A DNA stretch of 64,000 nucleotides, taken from the NCBI RefSeq assembly GCF_036365525.1, contig NC_090400.1, positions 42,764,658 to 42,828,657 on the forward strand. Direction: 5' to 3'. Positions 1-11,782 of this stretch are shown piece after piece. Each line of letters opens with the position of its first letter. The first letter of the stretch is position 1. Source of the DNA: Heterodontus francisci (Eukaryota). A model generated the notes under the pieces. That model had not been told where the DNA came from and searched no databases. It was given only the letters and a program-made list of their open reading frames with translations. A program made the translations under genes and the position numbers.

Positions 1-207
1 TACAACATCAATGCATGGCTATATATAGCCGTCCAAAAAGCTACCAACAAGATGATGTCAGATGATGAAATATTGGCCAGTCTAACAGATCCAAACCCGC
101 ATGACATTCAGCAAGTTGCCGAAGATGACAACGACACTGCCAAGACCAAGCCACTGCCGTCATCCCATACATTCATTGAGATATGGACCCCATGGCATAA
201 TTTATAG
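1..207 (+). pseudogene. Possible C-terminal remnant of a Tigger/pogo (CENP-B-like) transposase, cut by the window start
   Basis: Frame 1 is open from base 1 to TAG at 205-207: YNINAWLYIAVQKATNKMMSDDEILASLTDPNPHDIQQVAEDDNDTAKTKPLPS. This resembles the W-L...SDDEI + acidic tail of TIGD/Tigger proteins (by eye only). Confidence 0.35.
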
Positions 208-229
208 TGGGGTCGCAGTGTGCTACTAC

Positions 230-1110
230 TAAGAAAACACTCTTACGAATACTGTCATGGGTGGATGCATCTGCGACGGGTAGGTTGGTGAGGATAAGAT
301 CGAGTAAGTTTCTCCCTTGTGTTTGTGTTCTCATCACCTACCGCAGGCCCAGTCTAGCAGCTCTGTCGTTCAGGACCCAGCCAGCTTACTCACTAATGGT
401 GCTGGACATTGAAGTTCCCCACTAAGAGTACATTCTGTACCCTTGAAAAGCTCAGTGGTGGTCAAAATGGAGGAGTACTGATTCATCATTTGATAGAGCA
501 CTGTAGATGGTAATCAGCAGGAGGTTTCCTTGACTGGTCACCATGAGACTTAATGGGGTCTGGAGTCAATGTTGAGTACTCCCAGGGCCACTGTTTCCTG
601 ACTGTATACCACTGTGCCACAACCAGGTCTGCCTTGCCAATGGGACAGAATATACCCAGGGATGGTGATGGAGGTATCTGGCTGAAAGGTATGATTTGGT
701 GAGTGTGACTATGTTACACTGTTGCTTAACTAATCTGGGACAGCTCTCCAAATTTTGGTACAAAACCAAATGCTAGTGAAGAGGATTTTTCTGGGTTGAC
801 TGGGCTTGTGCCTTTGTCATGTCTGGTGCCTAGGTCGATGCCAGGTGGAGTATCTAGTTTTAGTCTTTTTAGATTTTTTCATAGCAGTTTGATAAGACTG
901 AGTGGTTTGCGAGGGCATTTAAGAGCAAACCACATTGATGTGGGTCTAGAATCGAGTATTAGCCAGACTGGGTAAGGATGACAGATTTCCTTCCCCAAAG
1001 GACATTAGTGACCAGATAGGTTTCTAGGCCAATCAGGTAGTTTTGCGGTCACTAGCTTTTTATTCCAGATTTGCTTAATTAACGGAATTTAAATTCCACA
1101 ACTGCGTTGG
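230..1110 (-). mobile_element. Decayed LINE (CR1/L2-group, here called family B), 5' part with AP endonuclease remnant
   Basis: Minus-strand peptides such as RLVKQQCNIVTLTKSYL and a GNFNV...LDLILTNLP-like block match non-LTR endonuclease motifs; frameshifted. Confidence 0.65.
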
Positions 1111-1114
1111 GATT

Positions 1115-1207
1115 GAAGGGTCACTGACCTGAAACGTTAACTCTGCTTCTCTCTCCACAGATGTGGGAAGACCTGCTGAGTATTTCCAGCATTTCTTGTT
1201 TTTATTC
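1115..1207 (+). mobile_element. Short Penelope-derived repeat with partial hammerhead motif
   Basis: gaagggtcactgacctgaaacgttaactctgcttctctctccacagatg...cctgctgagtatttccagcatttcttgtttttatt; homologous to 27835-27928 and 58169-58279, but the CUGAUGA core is missing. Confidence 0.6.
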
Positions 1208-1235
1208 CTTTAGTGTGAGGTTTGACTTCAACAGG

Positions 1236-1585
1236 TATAAATATGTTGAATTGCATATTGCAATTAAATATATAAATATGTTGAATTGCAATTCTGAGTA
1301 CTGCCTGTGTGGAGTTTGCAAGTTCTCCCTGTGTCTGCGTGGGTTTCCTCCGGGTGCTCCGGTTTCCTCCCACATGCCAAAGACTTGCAGGTTGATAGGT
1401 AAATTGGCCATTATAAATTGCCCCTAGTATAGGTAGGTGGTAGGGAAATATAGGGACAGTTGGGGGTGTGGTAGGAATATGTAATTAATGTAGGATTAGT
1501 ATAAATGGGTGGTTGATGGCCGGCACAGACTCGGTGGGCCGAAGGGCCTGTTTCAGTGCTGTATCTCTAAATAAAAATTTAAAAA
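1236..1585 (+). mobile_element. HE1-type V-SINE, variant with AT-rich 5' end in place of tRNA head
   Basis: V-domain (gtgggtttcctccgggtgctccggtttcctccc) and CR1-like tail (gggccgaagggcctgtttcagtgctgtatctctaaa) match the full copy at 25446-25804. Confidence 0.9.
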
Positions 1586-2292
1586 AAATAAATTGGATAG
1601 TGACAGAGGTGGGAATTCTGCTTTTCATTTTCCCCCCACCCTTTCTGCTGAGGGTGCTGGGATCAATTCTAGTGCTCATACTGTTGCCCTGATTGATCAG
1701 GTGACAGCCGCACCAAGAACCAAACCTGGGGCCTTTTCTATTCAGTGAGTAAGCACACTGAGGAATTGACTGGACCCTTGCAATGTTTTCAAATGCACCC
1801 TGCCTCTGTCATAGAATGCCACACCATCTATGTTGATTTCTAGCAGTCCAGGAACAAAACATCACTGTGACTTGATTTGATCAGATTATTTTTACATATC
1901 CAGTCCAGTCCTCTTGAGGATCTCTGGTTACAAAATGGCCAAAGAAAATAAGCCCAACTGAATTTCCAAATCTGTTATATTTGTTTTAATAGCCACTGAC
2001 TGGAATATACTGTGTAATAAGTCAAAAGTTCTGTGGCATGACCCAGAAAACATGTAGAGTATTTAATGGAAAATACAGGACTCCATGCCTAGAAGAAATA
2101 GAGCCTTTAGATTTTTGCAGACAATCGTATTTCCCCACCGACAAGGTCTGACACAATTCCACTGGGCTTCAGCACACTGGTACCGTTATTATAATTGTAG
2201 ACTCCAAACTTTCAAATTGGTATAATGTCTCATAATCTAGTATGCAGTTATTTGAATTCATTAGACTAAGGAGCAATCTTTTTTCGAAAAAC

Positions 2293-2487
2293 AGGGTACT
2301 GCCTGTGCGGAGTTTGCAAGTTCTCCCTGTGACCGCGTGGGTTTTTGCCGGGTGCTCCGGTTTCCTCCCACAGCCAAAGACTTGCATGTTGATAGGTAAA
2401 TTGGCCATTATAAATTGCTCCCAGTATAGGTAGGTGGTAGGGGAATATAGGGAAGGTGGGGATGTGGTAGGAATATGGGATTAGTGT
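2293..2487 (+). mobile_element. HE1 SINE fragment, ends at the RTE insertion
   Basis: gggtactgcctgtgcggagtttgcaag...gggattagtgt, then the RTE 3' tail; the SINE tail is not found after the RTE. Confidence 0.85.
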
Positions 2488-4072
2488 CTTCTTTGGCCTC
2501 CTTGTCTCGAGAGACAATGGGTAAGCTACTGGAGGTGGTCAGTGGTGTGTGGAGCAGCGCCTGGAGTGGCTATAAAGGCCAATTCTAGAGTGACAAGCTC
2601 TTCCACAGGTGCTGCAGAAAAATTTGTTTGTCGGGACTGTTACACAGTTGGCTCTCCCCTTGCGCTTTTGTCTTTTTTCCTGCCAACTGCTAAGTCTCTT
2701 CGATCGCCACACTTTAGCCCCGCCTTTATGGCTGTCCGCCAGCTCTGGCGAACGCTGGCAACTGACTCCCACGACTTGTGATCAATGTCACAGGACTTCA
2801 CGTCACGTTTGCAGACGTCTTTAAAGCGGAGACATGGACGGCCGGTGGGTCTGATACCAGAGGCGAGCTCGCTGCACAATGTGTCTTTGGGGATCCTGCC
2901 ATCTTCCATGCGGCTCACATGGCCAAGCCATCTCAAGCGCCGCTGACTCAGTAGGGTGTATAAGCTGGGGATGTTGGCCGCCTCGAGGACTTCTGTGTTG
3001 GAGATACGGTCCTGCCACCTGATGCCAAGTATTCTCCGGAGGCAGCGAAGATGGAATGAATTGAGACGTCGCTCTTGGCTGACATACGTTGTCCAGGCCT
3101 CGCTGCCATAGAGCAAGGTACTGAGGACACAGGCTTGATACACTCGGACTTTTGTGTTCCGTGTCAGTGCGCCATTTTCCCACACTCTCTTGGCCAGTCT
3201 GGACATAGCAGTGGAAGCCTTTCCCATGCGCTTGTTTAATTCTGCATCTAGAGACAGGTTACTGGTGATAGTTGAGCCTAGGTAGGTGAACTCTTGAACC
3301 ACTTCCAGAGCGTGGTCGCCAAGATTGATGGATGGAGCATTTCTGACGTCCTGCCCCATGATGTTTGTTTTCTTGAGGCTGATGGTTATGCCAAATTCAT
3401 TGCAGGCAGCCTCAAACCTGTCGATGAGACTCTGCAGACACTCTTCAGTGTGAGATGCTAAAGCAGCATCGTCAGCAAAGAGGAGTTCCCTGATGAGGAC
3501 TTTCCGTACTTTGGACTTCGCTCTTAGACGGGCAAGGTTGAACAACCTGCCCCCTGATCTTGTGTGGAGGAAAATTCCTTCTTCAGAAGACTTGAACGCA
3601 TGTGAAAGCAGCAGGGAGAAGAAAATCCCAAAAAGTGTGGGTGCGAGGACACAGCCCTGTTTCACGCCACTCAGGATAGGAAAGGGGTCTGATGAGGAGC
3701 CGCCATGTTGAATTGTGCCTTTCATATTGTCATGGAATGAGGTGATGATACTTTGTAGCTTTGGTGGACATCCAATCTTTTCTAGTAGTCTGAAGAGACC
3801 ACGTCTGCTGACGAGGTCAAAGGCTTTAGTGAGATCAATGAAAGCAATGTAGTGGGGCATCTGTTGTTCGCGGCATTTCTCCTGCATCTGACGAAGGGAG
3901 AACAGCATGTCAACGGTCGATCTCTCTGCACGAAAGCCACACTGTGCCTCAGGATAGATGCACTCGGCCAGCTTCTGGAGCCTGTTTAGAGCGACTCGAG
4001 CAAAGACTTTCCCCACCATGCTGAGCAGGGAGATTCCACGGTAGTTGTTGCAGTCACCGCGGTCACATTTGT
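2488..4072 (-). mobile_element. RTE-clade LINE, 5'-truncated
   Basis: RT ORF, C-terminal CSTCGRACHSRIGLYSH zinc-finger-like motif, short 3' UTR ending ...ggaggccaaagaaga. Confidence 0.95.
2640..4019 (-). pseudogene. RTE reverse transcriptase ORF (partial, frameshifted near C-terminus)
   Basis: 459 aa with PEAQCGFR, FIDLTKAFD, GVKQGCVLAP, LLFADD, FTYLGS, RLRWLGHV. A 1-nt deletion near 2703 relative to the copy at 50474 disconnects the zinc finger. Confidence 0.92.
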
Positions 4073-5052
4073 ACCATCCTGTTCAAGTAGATCAGTAGCT
4101 TGCTATTACTGCGTAAACAATATTGGTAGAATTAGCTTTTTGTAAAAGGGACAAAGTAATGAACACCTGTTTTTTGTGAATGTAAAGATTTTTTGTAGCT
4201 AAAGGATAGTGTACCCTTTTCGTGTAAACAGATATAGCTCAATGTGCAGGTGCCAGATTTGAAATTTGCTTTGCCTTGAGCCTGACTAATTGTGGGGAGG
4301 ATTCAGTTCTCCTGCTCCCTTGTTAGTATCTTTAGGGGGTATTCTCGGTTTAGTGTGATCAAAATCAAATGCAGTTCTAAGCCTTTTATAGGTAATTCGA
4401 CTTTATCATTGGTATGATGCAATTCTTTTTAAACTTTCACTTTGAAAGCTAAATAAAATTATGTGCACCCCAAAATAAGTTACATGGATATTAATGATGT
4501 GACGTATATTTTGTTTTAATTGCAATATTCTCAACGTGCTGTCGCCCATGAACTTGAACTTAAAAGGGGTAAGTGGTCAGGTCACCACCTGCTCTTCACT
4601 AAACCATGGGAACGGGGGCCAAATATCATGGAACATTTGTTGGGCAAGAGGGACAGCAAATATGATTGACTGAGCAGTCTGTGCTCTAAAGCATATTAAC
4701 CCATGCTTAAACAAGGGTACAGTAGCACCAGTCTGTAAATGGCAGAACATCCAGCAATCCACCTATTAATGGGTTAAATGTCAACATCAAATAATTTTAA
4801 AGGTTAGAGGAACAGAACCTAAGGAAAAGTATCCATGACTGCGTCAATGAGAATTGGGCAAAGGGATGGTTACATGTTCAAGAGTTGAGTTGGGACTAGT
4901 TTGAGGAAGTAAGAATTGTGTCTTGTGGAAGAGATGAGGGCAGTGGAAAGACCTGCAGAGCTGGAGGTAGCTGAACATATGCAAGAAGCTTGTGCATTTT
5001 CTTCTATATGCTTTCGCTGAAGACAGAGTCAAGGGAGTCAAAGAGGTTTATC

Positions 5053-5682
5053 TTTTTTTTTATTTGTTCATGGGACGTGAGTGTTTCTGGGAAGGCCAAC
5101 GTTTATTGCCCATTGCTGATTGCCCTTGAGGAGGTGGTCATGAGCCATCATCTTGAACCGCTGCAGTCGTGTGATATGGCTACACCTATAGTGCTGTTCC
5201 AGGTTTTTGATCCAGTGACAGTGAAGGAATGACAAGTCAGGGTGATGTATGACTTGGCGAGGCACATGCTGGTAGTGGTGTTTCTATACTTCTACTCTTG
5301 TCCTCCTAGGTGGTAGAGATTGCAGGTTTGGAAGGTGGTGTCGAAGAAGCCTTGCTGAGTTGCTGCAGTGCATCTTGTAGATGGCACCCACTGCTGCCAC
5401 AGTGCACCGGTGGTGGATGGGGTGCCAATCAATCGGGTTGCTTTGTCCAGGATGGTGTTGAGCTTCTTGCGTGTTGTTGGAGCTGCTCTCATCCAGACAA
5501 GTGGAGAGTATTTCTTCACGCTCCTGATTTGTGCCTTGTAGATAGTGGACAGGCTTTGGGCAGTCAAGAGGTGAGTTACTCACCACAGAATTCCCTGCTT
5601 CTGACCTCCTCTTGTAGCCACAACATTTATATGGCCAGTCCAGTTAAGTTTCTGGTCAGTGGTAAATCCTAGGATGTTGGTG
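5053..5682 (-). mobile_element. LINE family B, 3' fragment
   Basis: STIYKAQIRSVKKYSPLVWMRAAPTT peptide; tail homologous to 9155-9960 and 33008-33752. Confidence 0.85.
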
Positions 5683-6108
5683 ATTTTCCTTATCATACAC
5701 AATAATGGTGGAGTGGCAGGAGATTTCAGCCTTGAAGAAGTAGTAATATTTAAGATATCCCATGAAAGCTTAGGATCTGTTTGGGATATGTATATGTATT
5801 ATCCTTAATCCAATTCAGGATTCAATCCTAATAACTGCAGGATATCAAACATCCACATCCTTGGAACCTTCCCAGTGCAGTACTTTCTGTTGACCGTCAT
5901 CGGCAACTGCAAGTGTTTTACACCAGATTGAATCTGTTCTGTTTGGTTTGAAACTCTAATTAGTCATTATAATAGTATTACATCTGTGCAAAAGTTCTGG
6001 AAGAATCTCATTCTATCTAGTTTGAAATGTCACTGATGATTTGGCTTATAACTAGGTTTAAGTTCATCTCTACAGTGCTGAGCATCATAAATGTCTCCAT
6101 CGACTTGT

Positions 6109-6236
6109 ATCTTTTTGGGCCTCCTTATCTCGAGAGACAATGGATACGCGCCTGGAGGTGGTCAGTGGTTTGTGAAGCAGCGCCTGGAGTGGCTATAAAG
6201 GCCAATTCTGGAGTGACAGGCTCTTCCACAGGTGCT
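6109..6236 (-). mobile_element. RTE 3'-end fragment
   Basis: Matches 2488-2615 (ctcgagagacaatgg...ggagtggctataaaggccaattct). Confidence 0.88.
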
Positions 6237-6306
6237 CGCATTAAGTTGTGAATGAAATATAAAATTTTTCAGCCCGCCAAATAGTTGAAGCTCTACAAGA
6301 TGAGAT

Positions 6307-6642
6307 CAGTTTTAGTTTTTAGTTTTAGAGATACAGCACTGAAACAGGCCCTTCGGCCCACCGAGTCTGTGCCGACCATCAACCACCCATTTATACTAAT
6401 CCTACACTAATCCCATATTCCTACTACATCCCCAACTGTTCCTATATTTCCCTACCACCTACCTATACTAGGGGCAATTTATAATGGCCAATTTACCTAC
6501 CAACCTGCAAGTCTTTTGGCTGTGGGAGGAAACCGGAGCACCCGGAGAAAACCCACGCAGACACAGGGAGAACTTGCAAACTCCACACAGGCAGTACCCA
6601 GAATTGCAATTCAACATATTTATATATTTAATTGCAATATGC
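6307..6642 (-). mobile_element. HE1 SINE, same AT-rich-head variant as 1236-1585
   Basis: Reverse complement reads gcatattgcaattaaatatataaatatgttgaattgcaattctgggtactgcc...tctctaaactaaa. Confidence 0.9.
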
Positions 6643-7569
6643 GAGGGTTTGTAGTGGTTACTCTTTGGTACTTCTTCACTCAAGTGGCCATTATTCAAAC
6701 GTGAACCTTGATTGGTGAGACTTATCAACAATCTATTCAATCATGGGGTACATCACAACCAAAATTACTAATTTCATCACTGGTGTCCACTTGCAGCAGG
6801 GGTCCCTGGATCATAATCAGGAGTAGGAACCTTTGACAGTTCCAGCCTGTCTAATCCAGGATGCTGAGACCAATTACAATGCCCTCATTACCATCCTGGT
6901 TGAGATCAGCCAACTCCAAACAGACAGGGATAACACCATCGACTTTCATGGTCTGTGGGGCTCAAGTAATAAACCGTTATATGAACTGTAAGATGCCAAA
7001 TGTGTGTTGCTGTGCATTATGTTGAGTTTTGGAATGCTAGCTAGCTACTCTTGTAACCGTCTGTATTAATTATTTGTAGGATTTTAGTGAGTAGACCTCT
7101 TCCTGTAAGCCCACGTCACATGTATTCTTTATAAATTCTGATGAGCCGAGAAGCCACCAGCTACATTAATTTGTGCTTGCTCACTTCAGCAAAGGATGTG
7201 ATGGTATTGGAGTTAATGGAATAGTCTTCATCCTTGTCCTCAGTAATACTGTTTTCTAGGTCAGATATGATGATGCAGGCTGAAACCAGTGCAGAATTCC
7301 TTCTCAATTACTGGACAATGCAGTCTCAATCATAGCTTTGGTGTTTAGAGTGAGTCATACCAGACATAGCTATTTCAAAAGCCAAATTTTCTTCCCACAT
7401 CCCCCTTTCTGAAAGCATTTATTTCTTAATGGGGTACAGTTCAATTGCTACTAGTTGCCTTCTTATGACTTTGTAAGTGTTAAAAATAGTAACATGATTA
7501 ATCACTTGGGCTGTCACGGCCAAACCCAATCTTCCCATCTGATATCCACATGTGTGAACTTTCAGATCT

Positions 7570-7920
7570 GATTTTTGATTTAGAGATACAGCACTGAAAC
7601 AGGCCCTTCGGCCCACCGAGTCTGTGCCGACCATTAACCACCCATTTATACTAATCCTACACTAATCCCATATTCCTACCACATCCTCACCTGTCCCTAT
7701 ATTCCCCTACCGCCTACCTATACTAGGGGCAATTTATAATGGCCAATTTACCTATCAACCTGCAAGTCTTTTGGCTGTGGGAGGAAACCGGAGCACCCGG
7801 AGGAAACCCACGCAGACACAGGGAGAACTTGCAAACTCCACACAGGCAGTACCCAGAATTGAACCCGGGTTGCTGGAGCTGTGAAGCTGCGGTGCTAACC
7901 ACTGCGTCACTGTGCCACCC
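7570..7920 (-). mobile_element. HE1 SINE, full length
   Basis: tRNA-like head (A box tgacgcagtgg, B box gggttcaattc), V-domain and CR1-like tail. Confidence 0.92.
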
Positions 7921-8244
7921 ACAATTGGGATTTTTCCCTCTTCAACTTAGTATCATTAAGGCCAATTGTAGAATCCTTACCACTGCTCTGTTGAGATCAG
8001 CTAACTTAAGAGTAGCCAAAGTTTTATGATACTTTTGTTCAGTGTTGCAACAATGAGAGCACATGACTTTGTTTCCTTTGGGTGAATATTCCAGATTATA
8101 ATTTATCAGCTGTGATACTGCCACAAAAAGAGAAACATAATTGTGGTTTGAAGTGTTTTAACCAGCTTAATGTTGACTCTTTGCTTATGGAGCAAGCTTC
8201 TGAATTCTCTTAAAGCTAATGTTCCTTATTCTTCAAATAATTTA

Positions 8245-8450
8245 TTTCCATTTAAGGGGTGTGGGCATTGCTGGCAAGGCCAGCCTTTATTGCCCTTCAA
8301 AAGGTGGAGCTGAGCCACCTTCATGAACTGCTGCAGTCCATGTGGTAAAGGTCCTCCTGCAGTTCTGTTAGGTCGGGAGTTCCAGAATTTTGACCCAGTG
8401 ACTTTAAAGGAATGGCAATATATTTCGAAGTCGGGATGGTGTGTGATTTG
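8245..8450 (-). mobile_element. LINE family B, 3' tail fragment
   Basis: gtgggcattgctggcaaggccagc...ctgcagtccatgtgg homologous to 22945-23118. Confidence 0.75.
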
Positions 8451-8527
8451 TTATTAGCGACACAGAGTTCATATTTGTTCAACTAAGTAACTTTTCAAAG
8501 TATTAATTCAGATTCCCATTTCTATTC

Positions 8528-8838
8528 ATTTATTTTTTATTTAGAGATACAGCACTGAAACAGGCCCTTCGGCCCACCGAGTCTGTGCCGACCAACAACC
8601 ACCCATTTATACTAACCCTACAGTAATCCCATATTCCCTACCACCTACCTACACTAGGGGCAATTTACAATGGCCAATTTACCTATCACCTGCAAGTCTT
8701 TGGCAGTGGGAGGAAACCGGAGCACCCGGCGAAAACCCACGCGGTCACAGGGAGAACTTGCAAACTCCGCACAGGCAGTACCCAGAATCGAACCCGGATC
8801 CCTGGAGCTGTGAGGTTGCAGTGCTAACCACTGCGCCA
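8528..8838 (-). mobile_element. HE1 SINE, near full length (shorter subfamily)
   Basis: Head, V-domain and tail present; the G-rich middle is shorter than in other copies. Confidence 0.9.
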
Positions 8839-9154
8839 TTTCCACCTACTTGTTCTGAAATAGGTATCTTTAAAAATAGTTACTCACAATTTAAGGCTCT
8901 TACTACGACCATCTTTTGATATGTGTTAAGCCTGCATGCAATGTATAATCTAATAAAGTGTTCTTTCTCCTTTCTATTTCCTTTCACCTCTGGGAAATTA
9001 CAGGTAATTCCACCACAGAATCCATAGATTTTTGAGTTATCTGTGTTCATTCATCTTTCTAAAGAAGTTGAAGGGCAATATTAAGACATTTACTCCATTC
9101 TTTTATTCAAATTGGGGAAGGATTATACTAGCCTTAGTCCCGACAATGCTTTCT

Positions 9155-9960
9155 GCTGCATTGGGCTGATAAGTGGCAAGTAACATTCGCGCCACACAAG
9201 TGCCAGACAATGACTCTGTCCAACAAGAGAGAATCTAACCATCTTCCCTTGATATTCAACGGCATTGCCATCGCTGAATCCCCCACTATCAACATCCTAG
9301 GGGCTGCCATTGATGAGAAACTGAACTGGAGTAGCCATATAAATGCCATGGCTACAAGAGCAGGTCAGAGGCTAGGAATCCTGAGGTGAGTAACTCACCA
9401 CCTGACTCCCCAAAGCCTGTCCACCATCTACAAGGCACAAGTCAGGAATGTGATGGAATTCTGTCCACTTGCCTTGATGGGTGCAGCTCCAACAACACTC
9501 GGGAAGCTCGACACCATCCAGGACAAAGCAGCCCACTTGATTGGCACCCCATCTACAAACATTCACTCCCTCCACCACCGACGCACAGTGGCAGCAGTGT
9601 GTACCATATACAAGATGCACTGCAGCAATGCACCAAGGCTCCTTAGACAGCACCTTCCAAACCCGCGACCTCTCCCAACTAGAAGGACAAGGGCAGCAAA
9701 TGCATGGGAATACCATCACCTGCAAGTTCCCCTCCAAGTCATGCACCATCCTGACTTGGAACTATATCGCCGTTCCTTCACTGTCGCTGGGTCAAAATCT
9801 TGGAACTCCCTTCCTAACAGCACTGTGGGTTTACCTACCCCAAATGGACTGCAGTGGTTCAAGAAGGCAGCTCACCACCACCTTCTCAAGGGCAATTGGG
9901 GATGGGCAATAAATACTGGCCTAGCCAGCGATGCCCACATCCCTGAATGAATAAAAAAAA
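9155..9960 (+). mobile_element. LINE family B, 5'-truncated 3' portion
   Basis: MEFCPLALMGAAPTTLGKLDTIQDKAAHLIG...HRRTVAAVCTIYKMH; ends ...cccacatccctgaatgaataaaaaaaa. Confidence 0.88.
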
Positions 9961-10418
9961 GAGTGTCTTTGCTTTCATACACTTTATTGTAGCTGGCTGT
10001 AAAGCAATCTTTACGAAGGGCTGGAACTAGGTACTTGCCCATCCATAAAATCAGGCATTTGTCTGTCTTATGAAGGACCCTGAAAAGGGAAAGTGGGGAC
10101 TAAATTCAAACAAACATTGCATTCCTGTTGCACCAGTTTATCAATATTGTAAATACACAAAAGGAATATTGCTGATTTCAGTTTAAAAAGCCACAAAAAA
10201 TCTGCATTTAAAAAATACTAATTAGTCATAATCCTTTGATTTATTGTCATGATCACATTAGTAACTGCACTTCAACTGGATATTACAGCATAAGGATAAC
10301 TGAACAAACATTCCGAGTGAAGTAGAGAATAGCTTCATATAAAATATATATTTCTCTTTTCAATTTTGTTCAGAACTACATTGAATTGTGCACCCTTTCT
10401 CCTGTGTTTTGCTATAGA

Positions 10419-11334
10419 CTAGCAAAGACTTGCAAAATATTTGCATTTAAATTAATGTAAACCGATTCCATCATCTCATCGATCCCTTCCATGGCATCCC
10501 CATTCCATCCCTCCCATCTCCACTCGCCATGCCCATCCCATGCCATTCCATTGTTCCTATGCCAGCCCTATTCCATCCCTCTCATACTATCCTCCATCCA
10601 ATGCCATCTCCACCCTTCACATGACACCCCTCTGGTGCCAGCCCCTCCCTCCCACTTCTCCAAGCCATTCCTTCCTACCCATGCCATTCCCATCTCATTC
10701 CTTTCTTCCCTCTCTTACCATTCCATCCCCCAATCCCACCCCTTCCTATGCCAGCTCCATCCACCATTCTGTCCTTCACCAATGCCATCCCTCCCCCTCC
10801 CCCCATTCCATACCTCCCATACCATCCCCACCGTGACCCTCCCCCCCCCCCCCATGCTCTCCTCCCACCCCCACCGTCATCTCCCGCTCCCCTCTTTCCC
10901 CCCCCCTCCCCCAATCCCATGCCAACCTTTCCCCTCCTCCTTTCACCCCCACCCCAACCTGTGCCAAATTCTCTTCTTTCCCATCCACCCCTTCTCCTCC
11001 CATGCCTGCCGTGCTCCCTCCTTGACTCTCCCTCTTGACCCTCCCTCTTTTCTCTCTATGCCGGCACCGCCCCCCCCCCCCCCCCCCCACCCCCCCCCCC
11101 AACTAATCCCAATCCCTCCAGCTAGAGTAACACTTGGGCTCCCCTTATCTTCCGCTGTTCTTTTTTTCCCACCAACAGCCCCCCACCCCTCGACTGCTGC
11201 CGCCACCAACAACTGTTGGCAGCCACATATGCATTATGCACTCTAGTCCTCCATGTGCCCACATGCCTCGCACGCGCCTCCACTAACCAACCAGAAAAAT
11301 ACGGATGGACAAAAACTGTTATTGTTATTATGGA
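10419..11334 (-). mobile_element. Non-autonomous Helitron
   Basis: Minus strand reads A|TCcataataac...gcaaatattttgcaagtctttgCTAG|T: 5' TC, subterminal hairpin, 3' CTAG, A/T insertion with no TSD. The empty site is confirmed by the opposite inverted arm. Confidence 0.8.
10465..11130. repeat. C-rich low-complexity tract (ccatccc-like units, poly-C) inside the Helitron
   Basis: Degenerate ccat(c)cc repeats and C homopolymers. Confidence 0.9.
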
Positions 11335-11567
11335 TTAACTAGGGGAAGGGGAGAGGGTAGAATAGAAAGTGAAAATCTACAAGTGGTAATGAAATTTTAA
11401 CGATCTTGTAATGTTTTTTCAGGAATGGGTGCACTGAAAAAAATTTTTTTTTTTGACACAATAATACGTTTGATCTGGATTTATACAGTGTTTACTTCCC
11501 CCAGTTAATCTATAATAACATACAGGAGACAGGATGCAGAATCTCAACATTGTTTTGAACAAAAAAA

Positions 11568-11782
11568 CACGTGATAGCGAAGCGAGGAATAGAGAGAGAG
11601 AGGAGTTGAACACGTGGCTGCAGGGATGGTGCAGGAGGGAGGGTTTTGGTTTCCTGGATAATTGGGGCTCTTTCTGGGGTAGGTGGGACCTCTACAAACA
11701 GGATGGTCTTCACCTGAATCAGAGGGGTACCAATATCCTGGGGGGGAGGTTTGCTAGTGCTCTTCGGGGGGGTTTAAACTAA
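11568..11782 (+). pseudogene. CR1 ORF1 C-terminus (SGNH esterase-like domain)
   Basis: ELNTWLQGWCRREGFGFLDNWGSFWGRWDLYKQDGLHLNQRG...GGLN*; DGLHL is the SGNH block V DxxH motif. Confidence 0.9.

Noticed and set aside
1137-1427. Recurrent short ORFs (MANLPINLQVF..., ...CLCGVCKFSLCLRG...)
   Set aside because: Translations of HE1 SINE copies, not a gene family.
10491-11246. Proline- and glycine-rich ORFs up to 251 aa
   Set aside because: By-product of the C-rich low-complexity Helitron interior; open in many frames, no domain.
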